Origin: a virus
Lineage: Duplodnaviria; Heunggongvirae; Uroviricota; Caudoviricetes
IMG/VR virus record: IMGVR_UViG_3300024269_000002
Direction: 5' to 3' (one strand)
Length of the DNA: 64,000 nt
Part shown: piece after piece, positions 63,200 to 64,000 of the stretch
Layout of the letters: each line of letters begins with the position of its first letter
How positions within the stretch are numbered: the first letter of the stretch is position 1
Program-made: the position numbers and the translations under genes
The notes under the pieces: model-generated
What the model was told of the DNA's origin: nothing
Seen by the model: the letters and a program-made list of their open reading frames with translations, nothing else
The model's database searches: none

Positions 63200-63948
63200 T
63201 GCTGATAGACTTACTTAGTATGTCAAACTATGTGCATTTCAATGTTAAGTTGGCGCACATTATTGGACTGAACGCATCCATCTATCTGAGTCAGATTATG
63301 GATATCAACGAGAAAGCAATTCGTAAAGAAAAGACAGATAAGAACTTCTTCACAATTGATCGTGAATACATAACAAAGAGAACTACAATCTCAGAAAAAG
63401 AGCAGAAAGAAATTGAGAACAACTTAATCAAGATCGGCGTCCTTGAGAGATCAACTGAAAATGCTGATACTATCTTGTTAAATATCACTGTTCTCACAAG
63501 TATTCTAATGTCTCCTGATGAAGAGTTGATTCGTGATATTTCTTCTTTGTCAAAACCAAAACAGAAGAGGACTAAGGCAGATGCAATCAAAGATTCTCTG
63601 AAGCAGAATATTGTTACTACGAATCTTGAACTTCGTAATGCTTACATATCCTGGATTGACGCAGTCTATGAAAAAGATGGTTTCATGACGAAACAAGCAG
63701 TAGTTGCTGCTCAAGCAAGAGTTGATGAATTTTCTAACAGAAATCTTGATATTGCTCTAAAAGTACTAGAAATTGCTTCAATCAATGGATATAGAGACAT
63801 TACATGGGCAATCAATGCATACAACAAAGATTACAGAGTGGGATATACATTCTCTTCGAAGAATTGTTCTTCTGAAACTGGTGCTGTTACAACTGTTACT
63901 AAAACAGCTCCTCCCACAAGAAAAAGATTGAGCGATGCAGTATTCTAA
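63199..63948 (+). CDS. Winged-HTH replication-initiator/replisome-organiser-like protein
   Basis: LAHIIGLNASIYLSQI...FFTIDREYITKRTTIS.KEQ..I...LIKIGVL wHTH pattern; TGATG coupling. Confidence 0.5.
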   Translation: MLIDLLSMSNYVHFNVKLAHIIGLNASIYLSQIMDINEKAIRKEKTDKNFFTIDREYITKRTTISEKEQKEIENNLIKIGVLERSTENADTILLNITVLTSILMSPDEELIRDISSLSKPKQKRTKADAIKDSLKQNIVTTNLELRNAYISWIDAVYEKDGFMTKQAVVAAQARVDEFSNRNLDIALKVLEIASINGYRDITWAINAYNKDYRVGYTFSSKNCSSETGAVTTVTKTAPPTRKRLSDAVF

Positions 63949-64000
63949 GCTGATGAAGGAGGCAATGTGGCAGGAATTCAGTTAAGTGATGAGTGTTATC

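Noticed and set aside
1-64000. Alternative genetic code (TAG or TGA reassignment)
   Set aside because: All expected structural genes are full length in the standard code, with no fragmented ORFs.
63965-64000. Start of a further gene at the right edge (GTG 63967, MAGIQLSDECY...)
   Set aside because: An AGGAGG site is present but only 11 codons are visible and the start choice is ambiguous; it cannot be annotated.

Overview
This 64 kb window is the virion-morphogenesis region of a large T4-like (contractile-tailed, probably jumbo) phage. About 51 genes all lie on the + strand and read in the standard genetic code. Order: (1) 1-24.6 kb, an unusually large array of tail-fibre/appendage genes; (2) 24.7-33.1 kb, ParB-like protein, large terminase, portal, prohead protease and gp23-type major capsid; (3) 33.3-43.1 kb, holin-like, neck, internal-head, sheath and tube genes plus a nucleotidyltransferase-SWIM fusion; (4) 43.2-60.1 kb, tail chaperones, tape measure and baseplate; (5) 60.2-64 kb, Zn-ribbon, SNF2 helicase, sigma-like factor and a wHTH replication-type protein. 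AGGAGG/GAGGTG ribosome sites, sigma-A-type promoters and the accessory domains suggest a Bacillota host (inference). Best leads: (a) an apparent plug-and-socket code in the fibre array, where every gene ending in (I/L)-[ND]-x(0,1)-GG is immediately followed by a gene starting with a K-x-GDG (Mtd_N-like) domain; (b) internal head proteins punctuated by gp21-type L/I-x-E cleavage motifs that would release cargo domains, including a nucleotidyltransferase; (c) a CotH-like kinase domain inside a 2209-aa LamG/LRR fibre; (d) a candidate +1 frameshift at CCC-U joining the two pre-tape-measure chaperone ORFs; (e) a TTGTATA upstream motif paired with long hairpins or zero-loop palindromes, with a candidate phage sigma factor. 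All family assignments come from motif recognition by eye; no searches were run.
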